A stretch of DNA of 64,000 nucleotides from positions 129,038 to 193,037 of the forward strand of contig CATONX010000002.1 of NCBI GenBank assembly GCA_951801675.1, given 5' to 3'. Positions within the stretch are counted from its first letter, which is position 1. Every line of letters starts with the position of its first letter. This DNA comes from an uncultured Eubacteriales bacterium. Its GTDB lineage: Bacteria; Bacillota; Clostridia; Oscillospirales; Acutalibacteraceae. A program made the translations under genes and the position numbers. Below are positions 52,284 to 62,118 of the stretch, one piece after another. The notes beneath the pieces were generated by a model. The model was given only the letters and a program-made list of their open reading frames with translations. It made no database searches and was not told the DNA's origin.

Positions 52284-52670
52284 ATGGATGAAAAGTTGAG
52301 AGTGCTGAAAATGGTGGAAGAGGGAACCATTACGGCAGAGGAAGCGGCGGAGCTGATAGCGGCCATGCAGGCTCAGCTGCCGGAGCAGGAGACGAGGATG
52401 GTAAAAAACAGCTATGACAAAAAGCTGTTTCGCGTTCTTGTTGACAGCACCACCGGCGATAAGGTAAAGATCCAGTTCCCGGTCGGGGCTATTAAAAAAA
52501 TTCTCAAAGCCACGGGAAAGCTTCCCATCCCTGAAAAGGACCTGCAAGGTGTGGATCTTTCGAGCATGATGGACGCGGTGTCCGAATGCCTGGACGAAGA
52601 GATCGAAGGGGATTTTGTCAACGTAGAGGCGGCGGACGGGACCACGGTGCGGATCTTTGTGGATCAATAA
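52284..52670 (+). CDS. SHOCT-like / YvlB-LiaX N-terminal-domain protein
   Basis: MDEKLRVLKMVEEGTITAEEAAELI is the typical SHOCT-like opening. This is a common partner of DUF2089 genes. Confidence 0.6.
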   Translation: MDEKLRVLKMVEEGTITAEEAAELIAAMQAQLPEQETRMVKNSYDKKLFRVLVDSTTGDKVKIQFPVGAIKKILKATGKLPIPEKDLQGVDLSSMMDAVSECLDEEIEGDFVNVEAADGTTVRIFVDQ

Positions 52671-52682
52671 GAGAGTGAAGCG

Positions 52683-52946
52683 ATGAAGGTAAAAGTAAGA
52701 ACCAAGGACTTCCGCCTTTCCATGCCCGTGCCGGTCTCCCTGGCCGGATGGGCGGTGCGCTGGATTCCGGAGAAGGTTTTTGAGAAAATGAGAGAAAACA
52801 CGCCCGCGCCTTACAGCGCCCTGCTCACGAAAGAAGCGGTGTGCATGATGGTACGCGAATGCGTGGAGGTATGGAAGGAAAACAAAGGACTGGAAATGGT
52901 CCATGTGGAAGCGCAGGACGGGACCTTTGTCTCCATCAAGCTCTGA
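52683..52946 (+). CDS. Hypothetical small protein (third gene of the DUF2089 operon)
   Basis: 87-aa ORF, tightly spaced after the preceding gene and followed by a terminator. Confidence 0.5.
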   Translation: MKVKVRTKDFRLSMPVPVSLAGWAVRWIPEKVFEKMRENTPAPYSALLTKEAVCMMVRECVEVWKENKGLEMVHVEAQDGTFVSIKL

Positions 52947-52995
52947 GGGGAACGTTGGGCTGCTTTTGCGCGGCCTGCACCTATGCGCTTGAAAG

Positions 52996-53040
52996 AAAAA
53001 ACCGAGCGGCGGGTAAATACCCGCCGCTCGGTTTTCGTAT
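52996..53040. terminator. Rho-independent terminator
   Basis: AACCGAGCGGCGGG / CCCGCCGCTCGGTT stem flanked by an A-run and a T-rich tail. Confidence 0.6.
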
Positions 53041-53110
53041 TTTATGGCTGCTGTTTACCCCAAACGTACATCCTTGCGTATCCGAACTGTTTTTTCAGAA
53101 GCATTCTCCC

Positions 53111-54517
53111 TTAGGCGGTTTCTTTGGTTGCCGCCAGCCGGTCACGGATCATCCGGGTACATTTATAGATATCGCCGCCGCCCATGGTCAAAACCAGGTC
53201 GCCGGGCTTCGCGTGCTCCGCCACATAATCGGCAATGGCCTCAAAGGTGGGCAAGCATACGCTGCCCGGAATGCGCTGGGCCAGGTCCTCCGACGAAATG
53301 CCCCAGGAGTTTACCTCACGGGAACCCATAATAGGCGAGAGAATCGCATGGTCTGCCAGGCGGAGGGTCTGGGCGAATTCCTCCAGCCACATGACTGTCC
53401 GCGAGAAGGTGAAGGGCTGGAACACCGCCCAAACCTTTTGGTGATGCAGGTCCTTGGCGGCCTGGAGAGTCGCCTTGATTTCGGTGGGATGATGGGCGTA
53501 GTCATCCACCACCGTCACCCCGGCAAACTCGCCGTAGATTTCAAACCGCCGTCCCGCTCCGCGAAACTGGTCGATGTTCTGCTCAATGTCCTGCGGGGTA
53601 GCGCCGGCCTTGAGCGCGGCGGCGCAAGCGGCCAGAGCGTTTAGCACATTGTGCCGTCCGGGAACGCCCAGGCGCAGATGGGTTACCTTTTCCCCTTTGT
53701 GCATCAGGTCGAACTCGTAATAGGACCCGTCGAACCGCTCTAAGTTTTCGGGGTAATAATCGTACCGGTCGGCAAAGCCGAAGGTGAGGATTTCTTTGCC
53801 CTCGAGGCCTTCCATAGCCTTGGCTACATTTTCATCCTCGCCATTTACAATGAGGGTACGGGAAGTAATCCGGGCAAACTTATGGAAGGACTTGATGATG
53901 TTTTCCAGGGTGCCGAAATAGTCCAGATGGTCGCTGTCAATGTTGAGAATGATGGAAATGTCCGGCGAGAGCTGCAAAAAGGTATCCACATATTCGCAGG
54001 CTTCGCAGACCATCAGATCGGTTTTACCCGCGCGGCCGTTGCTTCCGATGGCCGGCAGCCGTCCGCCGATCACCAGCGTCGGGTCCAGCCCCGCCCCCAG
54101 CAGCACCTGAGAGAGCATGGAGGTAGTGGTAGTCTTCCCGTGGGTGCCCGAAACGGCCACGGCCGTTTCATACCGGCGGGATACCATTCCCAAAAGCCGG
54201 GAACGCTCCAAAATCGGGATCCCCTGGTCAATGGCTGCTTTGAGCTCCGGATTGTCGAGCTTGACGGCTGCCGTATAGACCACCAGCTGGGTCCCTTGGA
54301 TGTTTTCCGCCTTGTGCCCCATAAAGACCGGAATGTTCAGACTGCGGATGCGGGCCAGGTTGTCGCTTTCGTTGACGTCCGAGCCGGTAAGCTGATAGCC
54401 GCGGCTGTGGAGAATCTCCGCCAGCGGGCACATGCCCGATCCGCCGATTCCAACGAAATGGACCCGTTTGACTGTATTTAAAATCGCATCTGTGATGAGG
54501 GTAGACGTTTCTGTCAT
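53111..54517 (-). CDS. murC: UDP-N-acetylmuramate--L-alanine ligase MurC
   Basis: VHFVGIGGSGMCPLAEIL, GTHGKTTTTSM, and Mur ligase middle and C-terminal domains. Start MTETST at 54517, with GAGGTG 6 nt upstream. Confidence 0.95.
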   Translation of the reverse strand: MTETSTLITDAILNTVKRVHFVGIGGSGMCPLAEILHSRGYQLTGSDVNESDNLARIRSLNIPVFMGHKAENIQGTQLVVYTAAVKLDNPELKAAIDQGIPILERSRLLGMVSRRYETAVAVSGTHGKTTTTSMLSQVLLGAGLDPTLVIGGRLPAIGSNGRAGKTDLMVCEACEYVDTFLQLSPDISIILNIDSDHLDYFGTLENIIKSFHKFARITSRTLIVNGEDENVAKAMEGLEGKEILTFGFADRYDYYPENLERFDGSYYEFDLMHKGEKVTHLRLGVPGRHNVLNALAACAAALKAGATPQDIEQNIDQFRGAGRRFEIYGEFAGVTVVDDYAHHPTEIKATLQAAKDLHHQKVWAVFQPFTFSRTVMWLEEFAQTLRLADHAILSPIMGSREVNSWGISSEDLAQRIPGSVCLPTFEAIADYVAEHAKPGDLVLTMGGGDIYKCTRMIRDRLAATKETA

Positions 54518-54692
54518 GGTTGGCACCTCGGTTTTCTCAAAATTATGTACCTTCCTATTATATGACAACACGGCGTTGAAATAAACAAGTATTTTGCGTT
54601 TTTTGATTCTGGGGGGCAATTATTGCGAGAGTTTCACATTGTACCGGTGGGGAATGACTGGTATAATAAGAAAAAAGCAGGGAGGGAGACCA

Positions 54693-55919
54693 ATGTGGCT
54701 GCCGGATGCGGTGCTTGCCTGTATAAAGACGCTAAAGCAAGCGGGGTTTCAAGGATATGCAGTGGGAGGCTGCGTGCGGGACTGGCTGTGCGGCTTGAAA
54801 CCAAAGGATTACGATGTGGCCACCTCCGCCACTCCCGAGCAGGTAACCGCCCTGTTCCCGAGGGTGGTGCCCACAGGGCTAAAATACGGGACCGTCACCG
54901 TCCTCTTTGGGAAGGAACCGGTGGAGGTCACCACCTTCCGGGTGGAGGATGGGTATTCGGACGGGCGGCGGCCCGACCAGGTCCGTTTGATCGACAACCT
55001 GATCGAAGACCTAGCCCGGCGGGATCTGACCATCAACGCCATGGCCTTTTCTCCCACCACCGGGTTAATCGACCCGTTTGGCGGAGAGAGGGACATCCGC
55101 CGGGGAATCATCCGGGCGGTGGGGGACCCGGCTGTGCGCTTTGAAGAAGACCGGCTGCGGATTTTGCGGGCTTTCCGGTTCGCCGCCACTTTAGGCTACC
55201 GGCTGGACACGGATACCTTAAAAGCCGCGCTGCAACAGGCAAAGGGCATCTCCTCGGTCAGCGCGGAACGGGTGACGGGAGAGCTGATGCGCACGCTGAC
55301 CGGGGCCTTTCCCTCTCGGTTAAGGCCCCTTGTGGAAAGCGGCGCTCTGCTGCCTTGGGGGATCCGCCCGGTTTCCTCGCTGTTTGCTTTGGACTTTACC
55401 TCGCCCCAAAGGGCCGTGCGCCTTGCCGCCCTTTGTCTTTTGACCGGGTCGGATCTGGAGGACCTGGGCCTTCGCCTTCGCTTGGACCGACGCACGTACA
55501 AGGAAGCGTCTCAGTTGCTCTTTGAGCAGACGAAGCCAATCCCTACTACCGAATCTGAGGTGCGCCGCCGCCTTTGTGAAGCGGGACCGGATCTTCTTTC
55601 CCGTACCCTGCGGCTCCAAGGGGACCTTTCTTCCGCCGCCGCTCCCGCCGCCGCTTTTGCCGCGCAGATGACAGGGCGGATTCTCCGCAGAGGAGACCCT
55701 TATCAGCTTCGTATGCTTGCGGTTACGGGAGAGGACCTGATTCAGGCAGGTTTCGCGCCGGGCCCTGCAATCAAGCGCACGCTGATGAGACTGCTCGACG
55801 CGGTTTTAAAGGACCCGGGTAGTAATCAAAAGCAGATTCTGCTGCGGCTGGCGCTTATCTGGGAGAACGGCAAAGGCCCAAAAGACGACAGACAGGCCAT
55901 GCAAGGAGAACGCTTCTAG
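54693..55919 (+). CDS. cca: CCA-adding tRNA nucleotidyltransferase (PolyA polymerase family)
   Basis: GGCVRDWLCGLKPKDYDVAT, RRDLTINAM and ERIxxEL-type motifs. Start MWLPDAV at 54693, after GGAGGGAG. Confidence 0.85.
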   Translation: MWLPDAVLACIKTLKQAGFQGYAVGGCVRDWLCGLKPKDYDVATSATPEQVTALFPRVVPTGLKYGTVTVLFGKEPVEVTTFRVEDGYSDGRRPDQVRLIDNLIEDLARRDLTINAMAFSPTTGLIDPFGGERDIRRGIIRAVGDPAVRFEEDRLRILRAFRFAATLGYRLDTDTLKAALQQAKGISSVSAERVTGELMRTLTGAFPSRLRPLVESGALLPWGIRPVSSLFALDFTSPQRAVRLAALCLLTGSDLEDLGLRLRLDRRTYKEASQLLFEQTKPIPTTESEVRRRLCEAGPDLLSRTLRLQGDLSSAAAPAAAFAAQMTGRILRRGDPYQLRMLAVTGEDLIQAGFAPGPAIKRTLMRLLDAVLKDPGSNQKQILLRLALIWENGKGPKDDRQAMQGERF

Positions 55920-55952
55920 GATAGCAGGAATGCCCACATGCCTATTTTACGT

Positions 55953-55996
55953 AGAAAACCCCCGGATGGTCACGGCTGTGACGATCCGGGGGTTCG
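55953..55996. terminator. Terminator between convergent cca and PPIase genes
   Basis: 17-bp stem AACCCCCGGATGGTCAC / GTGACGATCCGGGGGTT with one mismatch. Confidence 0.6.
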
Positions 55997-56016
55997 CTGC
56001 GTTTTCAGAAGAGCTC

Positions 56017-57594
56017 TTACAGAGTGGTGGCGGTATGACCAAAGCCAAACCCATCCTGGGTAAGGGTATAGCTGCCAAGGAGGCTCTCAATATACGAAGA
56101 GTATTTGTCGTTTGCCAAATAGCTGCGCGCCTGTACCTTCCAGTAAGGATCGCCGGTGCTCACAAAGTACATAATGTGCGCGCCGTAGCCGCTGTAGACA
56201 ATGTCGGTGTCTCCCGGCTTACGGGCGGAATCAAAGCACCAATCGTTAAAGCTTGTCACCATCTGGCCGGGATACACGCCCTTGTAAAGGCCGCCCATGT
56301 AGGCGGAACCGGAATCGGTGGAATTCTCTTTGGCCAATTGCGCAAAGGAGGCTTCCGTGGCTTCCCCGCTCTTCCAAGTGTTGAGCAGGGCGGAGGCCGC
56401 CTCACCAACTTCTACGGTCTGTTCGGTAGTCAGGCCGGTGCTTTGATCAACCGTCGTACTGGGTACAAGCAGGATATGGCGCACATTGACCACATTGGTG
56501 GTGTTTCTGCCCTTGTTCACCAGATAAATGACCCGATAGCCGGAGGTGGATTCCAGAACGGTTTTGTTCCCAGCGGCGCGGGTATTGTCAAACAGCCAGG
56601 TGCTCAGGGTGGAATCGGTCACATTGGACTTGTTCTGGTCGCGAGTCAGGGAGTAGTCGGCGTTATTCTGATAGTCCGATTTGCTCGCTTGGGGCGCGTA
56701 CTCGATGCACAGCTCGTTAAAGTTGCTGCCGTCTTCCGCGACTTTGTCGAGCATTTCATCGGCCGCCGCCTTGGCCGCTTCCTTAGCCGCCTTCTTCTGC
56801 TCGTCCGTGGCGGTGGAAGAGGTCACCGATTCGGGATACTTGCTTTCGGTGGTAATCAGCAGAGAGCGGTAGGTAACCTGGTCGATGGAAGCCTTGTTGG
56901 AGATATAAGAGGCGTCCAGTTCATCATCGGAGAAGTTATAGTTCTCCACCAGATACTGCTTGTAGCTTTCTGCCAAAGTCTCCCGGTCCATCTGCGCGCG
57001 GAACACTTCCATGTTGACGCCGGGGCCGTAGTAGTCTTCCACAATTTGCTCCGCGGTCACCTTCTGGGCGGTGGCGGAGTCCTCAATGGATTTGAGGTTC
57101 ATTTCGATGTAGGACTTGTCATCCTCAGTCAGCTGATAACCCTCTTTTGTAGCGGTGTCCGCCAGAGCGTAGATGGTACGAATGGAGTTTTCCGCCGCCT
57201 GACGGAAATAGTCCTCCCAGGTGCCGCTTTCCAGCAAGGCACAGGTCTGATCCTTGAGAGGCTTGGAGGTATCCAAACCGAACGTGGAGAGGGACTGGCC
57301 GTATTGGCTGGCGAAACGGTTGAAGCTTCCGTAGTAGTAATAATTATAATCCGCGGCGGACAAGGAATAGTCCCCCACCTTCACGGCAGTGACCATCCGC
57401 GTAAAGCCGCCGCTTTGCAGAAACACTGCCGTGGCAATGCCTCCGATGAGCAGCAGACAGATCACACAGGAAATCACCGTAATGGCAATTTTTTTGCCTT
57501 TTGACAGGCCCTGATTTGCTTTCTTTTTCTTGTAGGCTTCGGGATTCTGCTCCCGTTCCAGCTTCCGGAGCTGTTTTTCTCTTGAACCGCTCAT
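56017..57594 (-). CDS. Membrane-anchored parvulin-type peptidyl-prolyl isomerase (PrsA/SurA-like)
   Basis: N-terminal TM segment, SurA_N-like chaperone region, and a C-terminal PpiC domain (VRHILL...GGLYKGVYPGQMVTSFNDWCF...GYGAHIMYF). Start is 57594, or 57621 as an alternative. Confidence 0.8.
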   Translation of the reverse strand: MSGSREKQLRKLEREQNPEAYKKKKANQGLSKGKKIAITVISCVICLLLIGGIATAVFLQSGGFTRMVTAVKVGDYSLSAADYNYYYYGSFNRFASQYGQSLSTFGLDTSKPLKDQTCALLESGTWEDYFRQAAENSIRTIYALADTATKEGYQLTEDDKSYIEMNLKSIEDSATAQKVTAEQIVEDYYGPGVNMEVFRAQMDRETLAESYKQYLVENYNFSDDELDASYISNKASIDQVTYRSLLITTESKYPESVTSSTATDEQKKAAKEAAKAAADEMLDKVAEDGSNFNELCIEYAPQASKSDYQNNADYSLTRDQNKSNVTDSTLSTWLFDNTRAAGNKTVLESTSGYRVIYLVNKGRNTTNVVNVRHILLVPSTTVDQSTGLTTEQTVEVGEAASALLNTWKSGEATEASFAQLAKENSTDSGSAYMGGLYKGVYPGQMVTSFNDWCFDSARKPGDTDIVYSGYGAHIMYFVSTGDPYWKVQARSYLANDKYSSYIESLLGSYTLTQDGFGFGHTATTL

Positions 57595-57766
57595 GTCGTA
57601 TCCGTCCTTCCGAATTTTCATGATCCCGCCGGCATGACGCTCGCTTTTGGGAACCATCCCTTCCTTCCGTCTTGCTGTTGCGGAGCCGTTTCCCATTATA
57701 TCATACATTTTGCTGATTTTGCAAACATATTGTAAAGCTTTTTGTGAATCTTCGTGTGAAATCCAC

Positions 57767-57806
57767 AAAAAAGCCTGCCGGAATGATAAGGTTCCGGCAG
57801 GCTTTG
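57767..57806 (-). terminator. Terminator downstream of gpmI
   Basis: AGCCTGCCGGAA / TTCCGGCAGGCT stem with a T-run on the minus strand. Confidence 0.6.
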
Positions 57807-57824
57807 GAACGGTATGCTTCCCGC

Positions 57825-59342
57825 TTATTCGACGATCAGGCTTTTGCCGTCCATCTCAGGAGGCTGGGGCAGGCCCATGATTTGCAGCATGGTGGGCGCA
57901 ATGTCCGCCAGCCGGCCGCCCTCTCTGAGCTTGCAGGGATAGCCCTTGACGGTCAGCGGGACCGGCCAGGTGGTATGGGCGGTGAAGGGAGAACCGTCGG
58001 GCTCCTTCATTTGGTCGGCGTTGCCGTGGTCGGCGGTCAGAATCAGAACGCCGTCCATCTCTTCGATGGCCCGGGCGGTACGGCCCACGCAGGTGTCCAC
58101 CGCTTCCACGGCTTTAATGGCCGCGTCCATGAACCCGGTGTGGCCTACCATGTCGCAGTTGGCGTAGTTGAGGATAACCACGTCGTACTTGCCCGAGCGG
58201 ATGCGCTCGCACACCGCGTCGCACACCTCATAGGCGCTCATCTCCGGCTTTAAGTCGTAAGTGGCAACCTTCGGAGAGGGGATGAGAACCCGGTCCTCGC
58301 CCTCATACTGCTTTTCCACGCCGCCGTTGAAGAAGAACGTGACATGGGCGTATTTCTCCGTCTCCGCAATGCGAAGCTGGGTTTTCTCCTGCTTGGAAAG
58401 GTATTCGCCCAGCGTGTTCGTAAGCTTCTGGGGCGCAAAGGCCACCTTTACGTTGGGCATGGTGGCGTCGTACTGGGTAAAGCACACATAGTAAAGCGGG
58501 AAAAAGCCCTTTTTGCGGGCAAAACCGGTAAACTCCGGGTCCACGAAGGTCCGGGTCAGCTCCCGGGCGCGGTCGGGGCGGAAGTTAAAGAAAACCACCG
58601 CATCGTCCGCTTCCACCTGTTTGCCGCCGGAAATGACCGTGGGAACCACGAACTCGTCGGTGACTTCCTTTTCGTAGGAATCCGCTACCGCCTTCACCGG
58701 GTCGGCTGCTTCCTCGCCCTCGCCGTATGCAATGGCGGCGTAGGCCTTTTCCACCCGCTCCCAGCGGTTGTCCCGGTCCATCCCGTAGTACCGCCCGAGG
58801 ACGGTGGAGATTTTGCCCACGCCGATTTCCCGGCACTTTTGAGAAAGCTCGGCCACAAAGTCTTTGCCGGAGGTGGGAGGCACGTCGCGCCCGTCCAGCA
58901 GGCAATGGACATATACCCGGTCAAGCCCCTTGCGCTTACAAAGCTCCAAGATAGCGTAAAGATGGGAATTGTGGCTGTGCACCCCGCCGTCGGACAAAAG
59001 GCCGATCAGGTGAAGAGCCGTGCCCTTTTGCAGGCAATGATCGATGGCGCCGGTAAGCGCCTGGTTTTCAAAGAAATCCCCGTCCGCAATGGACTTGGTA
59101 ATCCGGGTCAGCTCCTGATAGACCACCCGGCCGGCTCCCATGTTGGTATGGCCTACCTCGGAATTGCCCATCTGCCCGTTTGGCAGGCCCACGTCCATGC
59201 CGGCCGCGCCGATGGCGGTGGTGGGGTTCTCCGAAAAGATTCTGTCCAGATTGGGGGTGTTGGCCGCCTTAACGGCGTTGCCGTATTCGGAAGGATTGAG
59301 GCCGAAGCCGTCCATAATGCAAAGAACCAGAGGTTTTTTCAT
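57825..59342 (-). CDS. gpmI: 2,3-bisphosphoglycerate-independent phosphoglycerate mutase
   Basis: MKKPLVLCIMDGFG...SEVGHTNMGAGR...DGRD...ADHGNA motifs. Start at 59342 with an AGGAG RBS. Confidence 0.95.
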   Translation of the reverse strand: MKKPLVLCIMDGFGLNPSEYGNAVKAANTPNLDRIFSENPTTAIGAAGMDVGLPNGQMGNSEVGHTNMGAGRVVYQELTRITKSIADGDFFENQALTGAIDHCLQKGTALHLIGLLSDGGVHSHNSHLYAILELCKRKGLDRVYVHCLLDGRDVPPTSGKDFVAELSQKCREIGVGKISTVLGRYYGMDRDNRWERVEKAYAAIAYGEGEEAADPVKAVADSYEKEVTDEFVVPTVISGGKQVEADDAVVFFNFRPDRARELTRTFVDPEFTGFARKKGFFPLYYVCFTQYDATMPNVKVAFAPQKLTNTLGEYLSKQEKTQLRIAETEKYAHVTFFFNGGVEKQYEGEDRVLIPSPKVATYDLKPEMSAYEVCDAVCERIRSGKYDVVILNYANCDMVGHTGFMDAAIKAVEAVDTCVGRTARAIEEMDGVLILTADHGNADQMKEPDGSPFTAHTTWPVPLTVKGYPCKLREGGRLADIAPTMLQIMGLPQPPEMDGKSLIVE

Positions 59343-59379
59343 AGTACGCTCCTTACGTTTCGTAACTGCAAAACTACGC

Positions 59380-60147
59380 TTATTTGCTTGCCGCTTCCAC
59401 GATTTTCGCAAAGTCCGGCGCCTTCAAAGACGCGCCGCCGATGAGACCGCCGTCCACGTCCGGCTTCGCCAGAAGTTCGGCTGCGTTGCCCGCGTTCATG
59501 GAACCGCCGTACTGAATGGTCAGGGCGTTTGCCGCGTCGGCGCCGTAAAGAGCGGCCACCGTGGCGCGGATGGAGGCGCAGACCTCGTTTGCCTGGTCGG
59601 CGGTGGCGGTGCGGCCGGTGCCGATGGCCCAGACCGGCTCATAGGCGATGATGACCCGGGAAAGCTCGTCCTTGGATACGCCGCCCAGCGCAATCTTCGT
59701 CTGCATGGCGACCAGCTCCGCGGTGATGCCCTGCTCGCGCTGCTCCAGGTACTCGCCCACGCACAAAATGACCTGAAGACCCGCGTCCAGCGCCGCGCGT
59801 ACCCGCTTATTGACAGTCACGTCGGTGTCGCCGAAATAGGTGCGGCGTTCGCTGTGGCCGATGATGACGTATTCGACGCCCATTTCCTTGAGGGTAAAGG
59901 CGGAGATTTCACCGGTGAACGCGCCGGACTTTTCCCAGTGGCAGTTCTGCGCGCCCACGGAAATGTTGCTTCCCTTTGCAGCGTCCAGCGCCGCGCACAG
60001 GTCCACAAACGGGACGCACACGATCACGCCGCAGTCCGCGTTTGCCACCAACGGCTTCATTTCGTTGATCAGCGCCGTGGTCTCGGCGGGGGTTTTGTTC
60101 ATTTTCCAGTTGCCGGCGATAACCGCCTTGCGAAGGGTCTTATTCAT
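59380..60147 (-). CDS. tpiA: Triose-phosphate isomerase
   Basis: AGNWKMN, IIGHSERR, AYEPVWAIGTG and QYGGS motifs. Confidence 0.95.
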   Translation of the reverse strand: MNKTLRKAVIAGNWKMNKTPAETTALINEMKPLVANADCGVIVCVPFVDLCAALDAAKGSNISVGAQNCHWEKSGAFTGEISAFTLKEMGVEYVIIGHSERRTYFGDTDVTVNKRVRAALDAGLQVILCVGEYLEQREQGITAELVAMQTKIALGGVSKDELSRVIIAYEPVWAIGTGRTATADQANEVCASIRATVAALYGADAANALTIQYGGSMNAGNAAELLAKPDVDGGLIGGASLKAPDFAKIVEAASK

Positions 60148-60170
60148 GTTGTTTGCTCCTTTGCCAAAAG

Positions 60171-60494
60171 TTATTCGTGTTCCTGAAAAGGTTCGGCAGG
60201 GCCGGTCAATTCCTCCACCAGCGTTACGCTTTTGCGGTACTCGCCGTAAGGGACGAAGAACCGGTAGGTTTCCATGGCAGTCCCCACATACAAGGTGACG
60301 GCGGCGCCCAGATTGCCGAACTTTTCATAGGGAATGTGATTGTCCTTTAAAATAGATTCCACGCCGAAGGCGATCGCCGGTTCAAAAACGCCCAGCAAAA
60401 CCGGGTCGTTTGCCAGCGGTTCGCGTAAACTGCGGCTGCCGCATTGGGGGCATTCCTGCTCGCACAGGAGCTGACAGTCTCTGCAATAGAGCAT
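60171..60494 (-). CDS. Hypothetical zinc-ribbon + small alpha/beta-domain protein inserted between pgk and tpiA
   Basis: 107 aa beginning MLYCRDCQLLCEQECPQCGS (CxxC...CxxC); AGGAG RBS. The remainder resembles DUF2007-like small domains (tentative). Confidence 0.55.
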   Translation of the reverse strand: MLYCRDCQLLCEQECPQCGSRSLREPLANDPVLLGVFEPAIAFGVESILKDNHIPYEKFGNLGAAVTLYVGTAMETYRFFVPYGEYRKSVTLVEELTGPAEPFQEHE

Positions 60495-60590
60495 GACGCT
60501 TTCTCCTTTGCCGCTTCGAAAGACACACGGCGTTGCAACGGGTGAAACAGGCGGGAAAGATGCCTCTCCCGCCTGCCTTTTCTGCCAAAA

Positions 60591-61787
60591 TTAGTCCTTG
60601 TCGTTGAGGGCCGCGATACCGGGCAGCTCCTTGCCTTCCAGGAATTCCAGAGAGGCGCCGCCGCCGGTGGAAATGTGGGTCATCTTGTCGGCAAAGCCCA
60701 GCTTCTCGATGGCCGCCGCCGAATCGCCGCCGCCGATGATGGACACGGCGCCGCTTTGAGCCACTGCCGTAGCCACCGCGATGGTGCCGGAAGCGAAATT
60801 CTTCCACTCGGATACGCCCATCGGGCCGTTCCACACCACGGTGCCCGCGCCCTTGATGGCGTCGGAGAAGAGCTTCTCGGTCTTCGGGCCGATGTCAAGG
60901 CCCATCCAGCCGTCCGGAATGTCGTCGGAATCCACCGTCTTGCACTGGGCGTCCTCGGCGTACTTGTCCGCTACCCGGTTGTCCACGGGAAGCAGGAAGT
61001 TAACGCCCTTGTCCTTGGCCTTTTGCAGGGTTTCCTTGGCAAGCTCCAGCTTATCCTCTTCGCAGATGGAGGAACCGATGTTGTAGCCCTGGGCCTTGAA
61101 GAAGGTATACGCCATACCGCCGCCTACGATCAGGGTGTCCACCTTTTCGAGAAGGTTATTGATGACGCCGATCTTGTCGGACACCTTCGCGCCGCCTAAA
61201 ATGGCGACGAACGGGCGCTTCGGGTTCTCCAGCGCACCGCCCATGATGGTGATCTCCTTCTGGATCAGGTAGCCGCAGACCGCCGGCAGGTACTGGGCGA
61301 CGCCGGCCGTGGAGGCGTGGGCACGGTGAGCGGTGCCGAACGCGTCGTTTACATAGATCTCCGCCAGGGAAGCGAGCTCCTTGGCAAAAGCGAGATCGTT
61401 CTTGGTTTCTTCTTTATGGAAGCGGACGTTCTCAATGAGCATGGCCTCGCCGTCCTTGAGCTCGCTTGCGAGCTTCTTGGCGGACTCGCCCACCACGTCG
61501 GACGCGATCTTGACTTCCTGGCCCAGAACATTCGAGAGATACTTCGCTACCGGCGCCAGAGAATACTGCATGTTGAACTCGCCCTTCGGACGGCCCATGT
61601 GGGAGCAGAGGATCACCTTCGCATTGTGGGAGAGAAGGTACTTGATGGTGGGGAGGGCTTCGGTGATGCGCTTGGGATCGGCAATGTTGCCCTCGCCGTC
61701 GAACGGGACGTTAAAGTCACACCGGACCAGAACCCGCTTGCCGGCGACATCGATATCTTCGATGGTCTTTTTGTTGAGAGCTGCCAT
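60591..61787 (-). CDS. pgk: Phosphoglycerate kinase
   Basis: [23 protein letters not shown], and GGGDSAAA with STGGGASLE motifs. Start MAALNKK at 61787. Confidence 0.95.
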   Translation of the reverse strand: MAALNKKTIEDIDVAGKRVLVRCDFNVPFDGEGNIADPKRITEALPTIKYLLSHNAKVILCSHMGRPKGEFNMQYSLAPVAKYLSNVLGQEVKIASDVVGESAKKLASELKDGEAMLIENVRFHKEETKNDLAFAKELASLAEIYVNDAFGTAHRAHASTAGVAQYLPAVCGYLIQKEITIMGGALENPKRPFVAILGGAKVSDKIGVINNLLEKVDTLIVGGGMAYTFFKAQGYNIGSSICEEDKLELAKETLQKAKDKGVNFLLPVDNRVADKYAEDAQCKTVDSDDIPDGWMGLDIGPKTEKLFSDAIKGAGTVVWNGPMGVSEWKNFASGTIAVATAVAQSGAVSIIGGGDSAAAIEKLGFADKMTHISTGGGASLEFLEGKELPGIAALNDKD

Positions 61788-62118
61788 AGAAAAGAACACC
61801 CTTTCCATATTAAATTCGGTTTGTGAAAAACAAGACAAATTCTAGAGGATATTTTATCCCAAAATTTGATGCAATGCAAGGGCGGGCCGAATTTTCATGC
61901 ATTCGTGCAGAAATTTAGGGCAAAAGGCCCGCGATTTGTACGAAACCCCTTTCCATTCCCGGCGTTTCTTGCGGGCCGGGGCCAAATCTGGTATACTGGG
62001 TGCAGGAAAACGCGGAATGTACACCTTGCACCACGGCCGCCAAAGGAAGGCGGCCATGGTTTCTTTGGTTCGGGAAAAGCCATACGCACTTGGAGCAAAC
62101 AGCAAGGAGGTGCCGGGA

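Noticed and set aside
2182-61838. N-terminal extensions given by the ORF track for many genes (for example 2182-3549, 18776-19507, 23189-23731, 31261-32019, 37450-38844, 38254-40116, 40330-41271, 41352-41978, 43644-46154, 53111-54619, 54594-55919, 56017-57768, 57825-59411, 60591-61838)
   Set aside because: The extended parts overlap upstream genes or intergenic terminators, lack RBSs and have non-protein composition. Internal starts with Shine-Dalgarno sequences at 5-10 nt, and with family-typical N-termini, were used instead.
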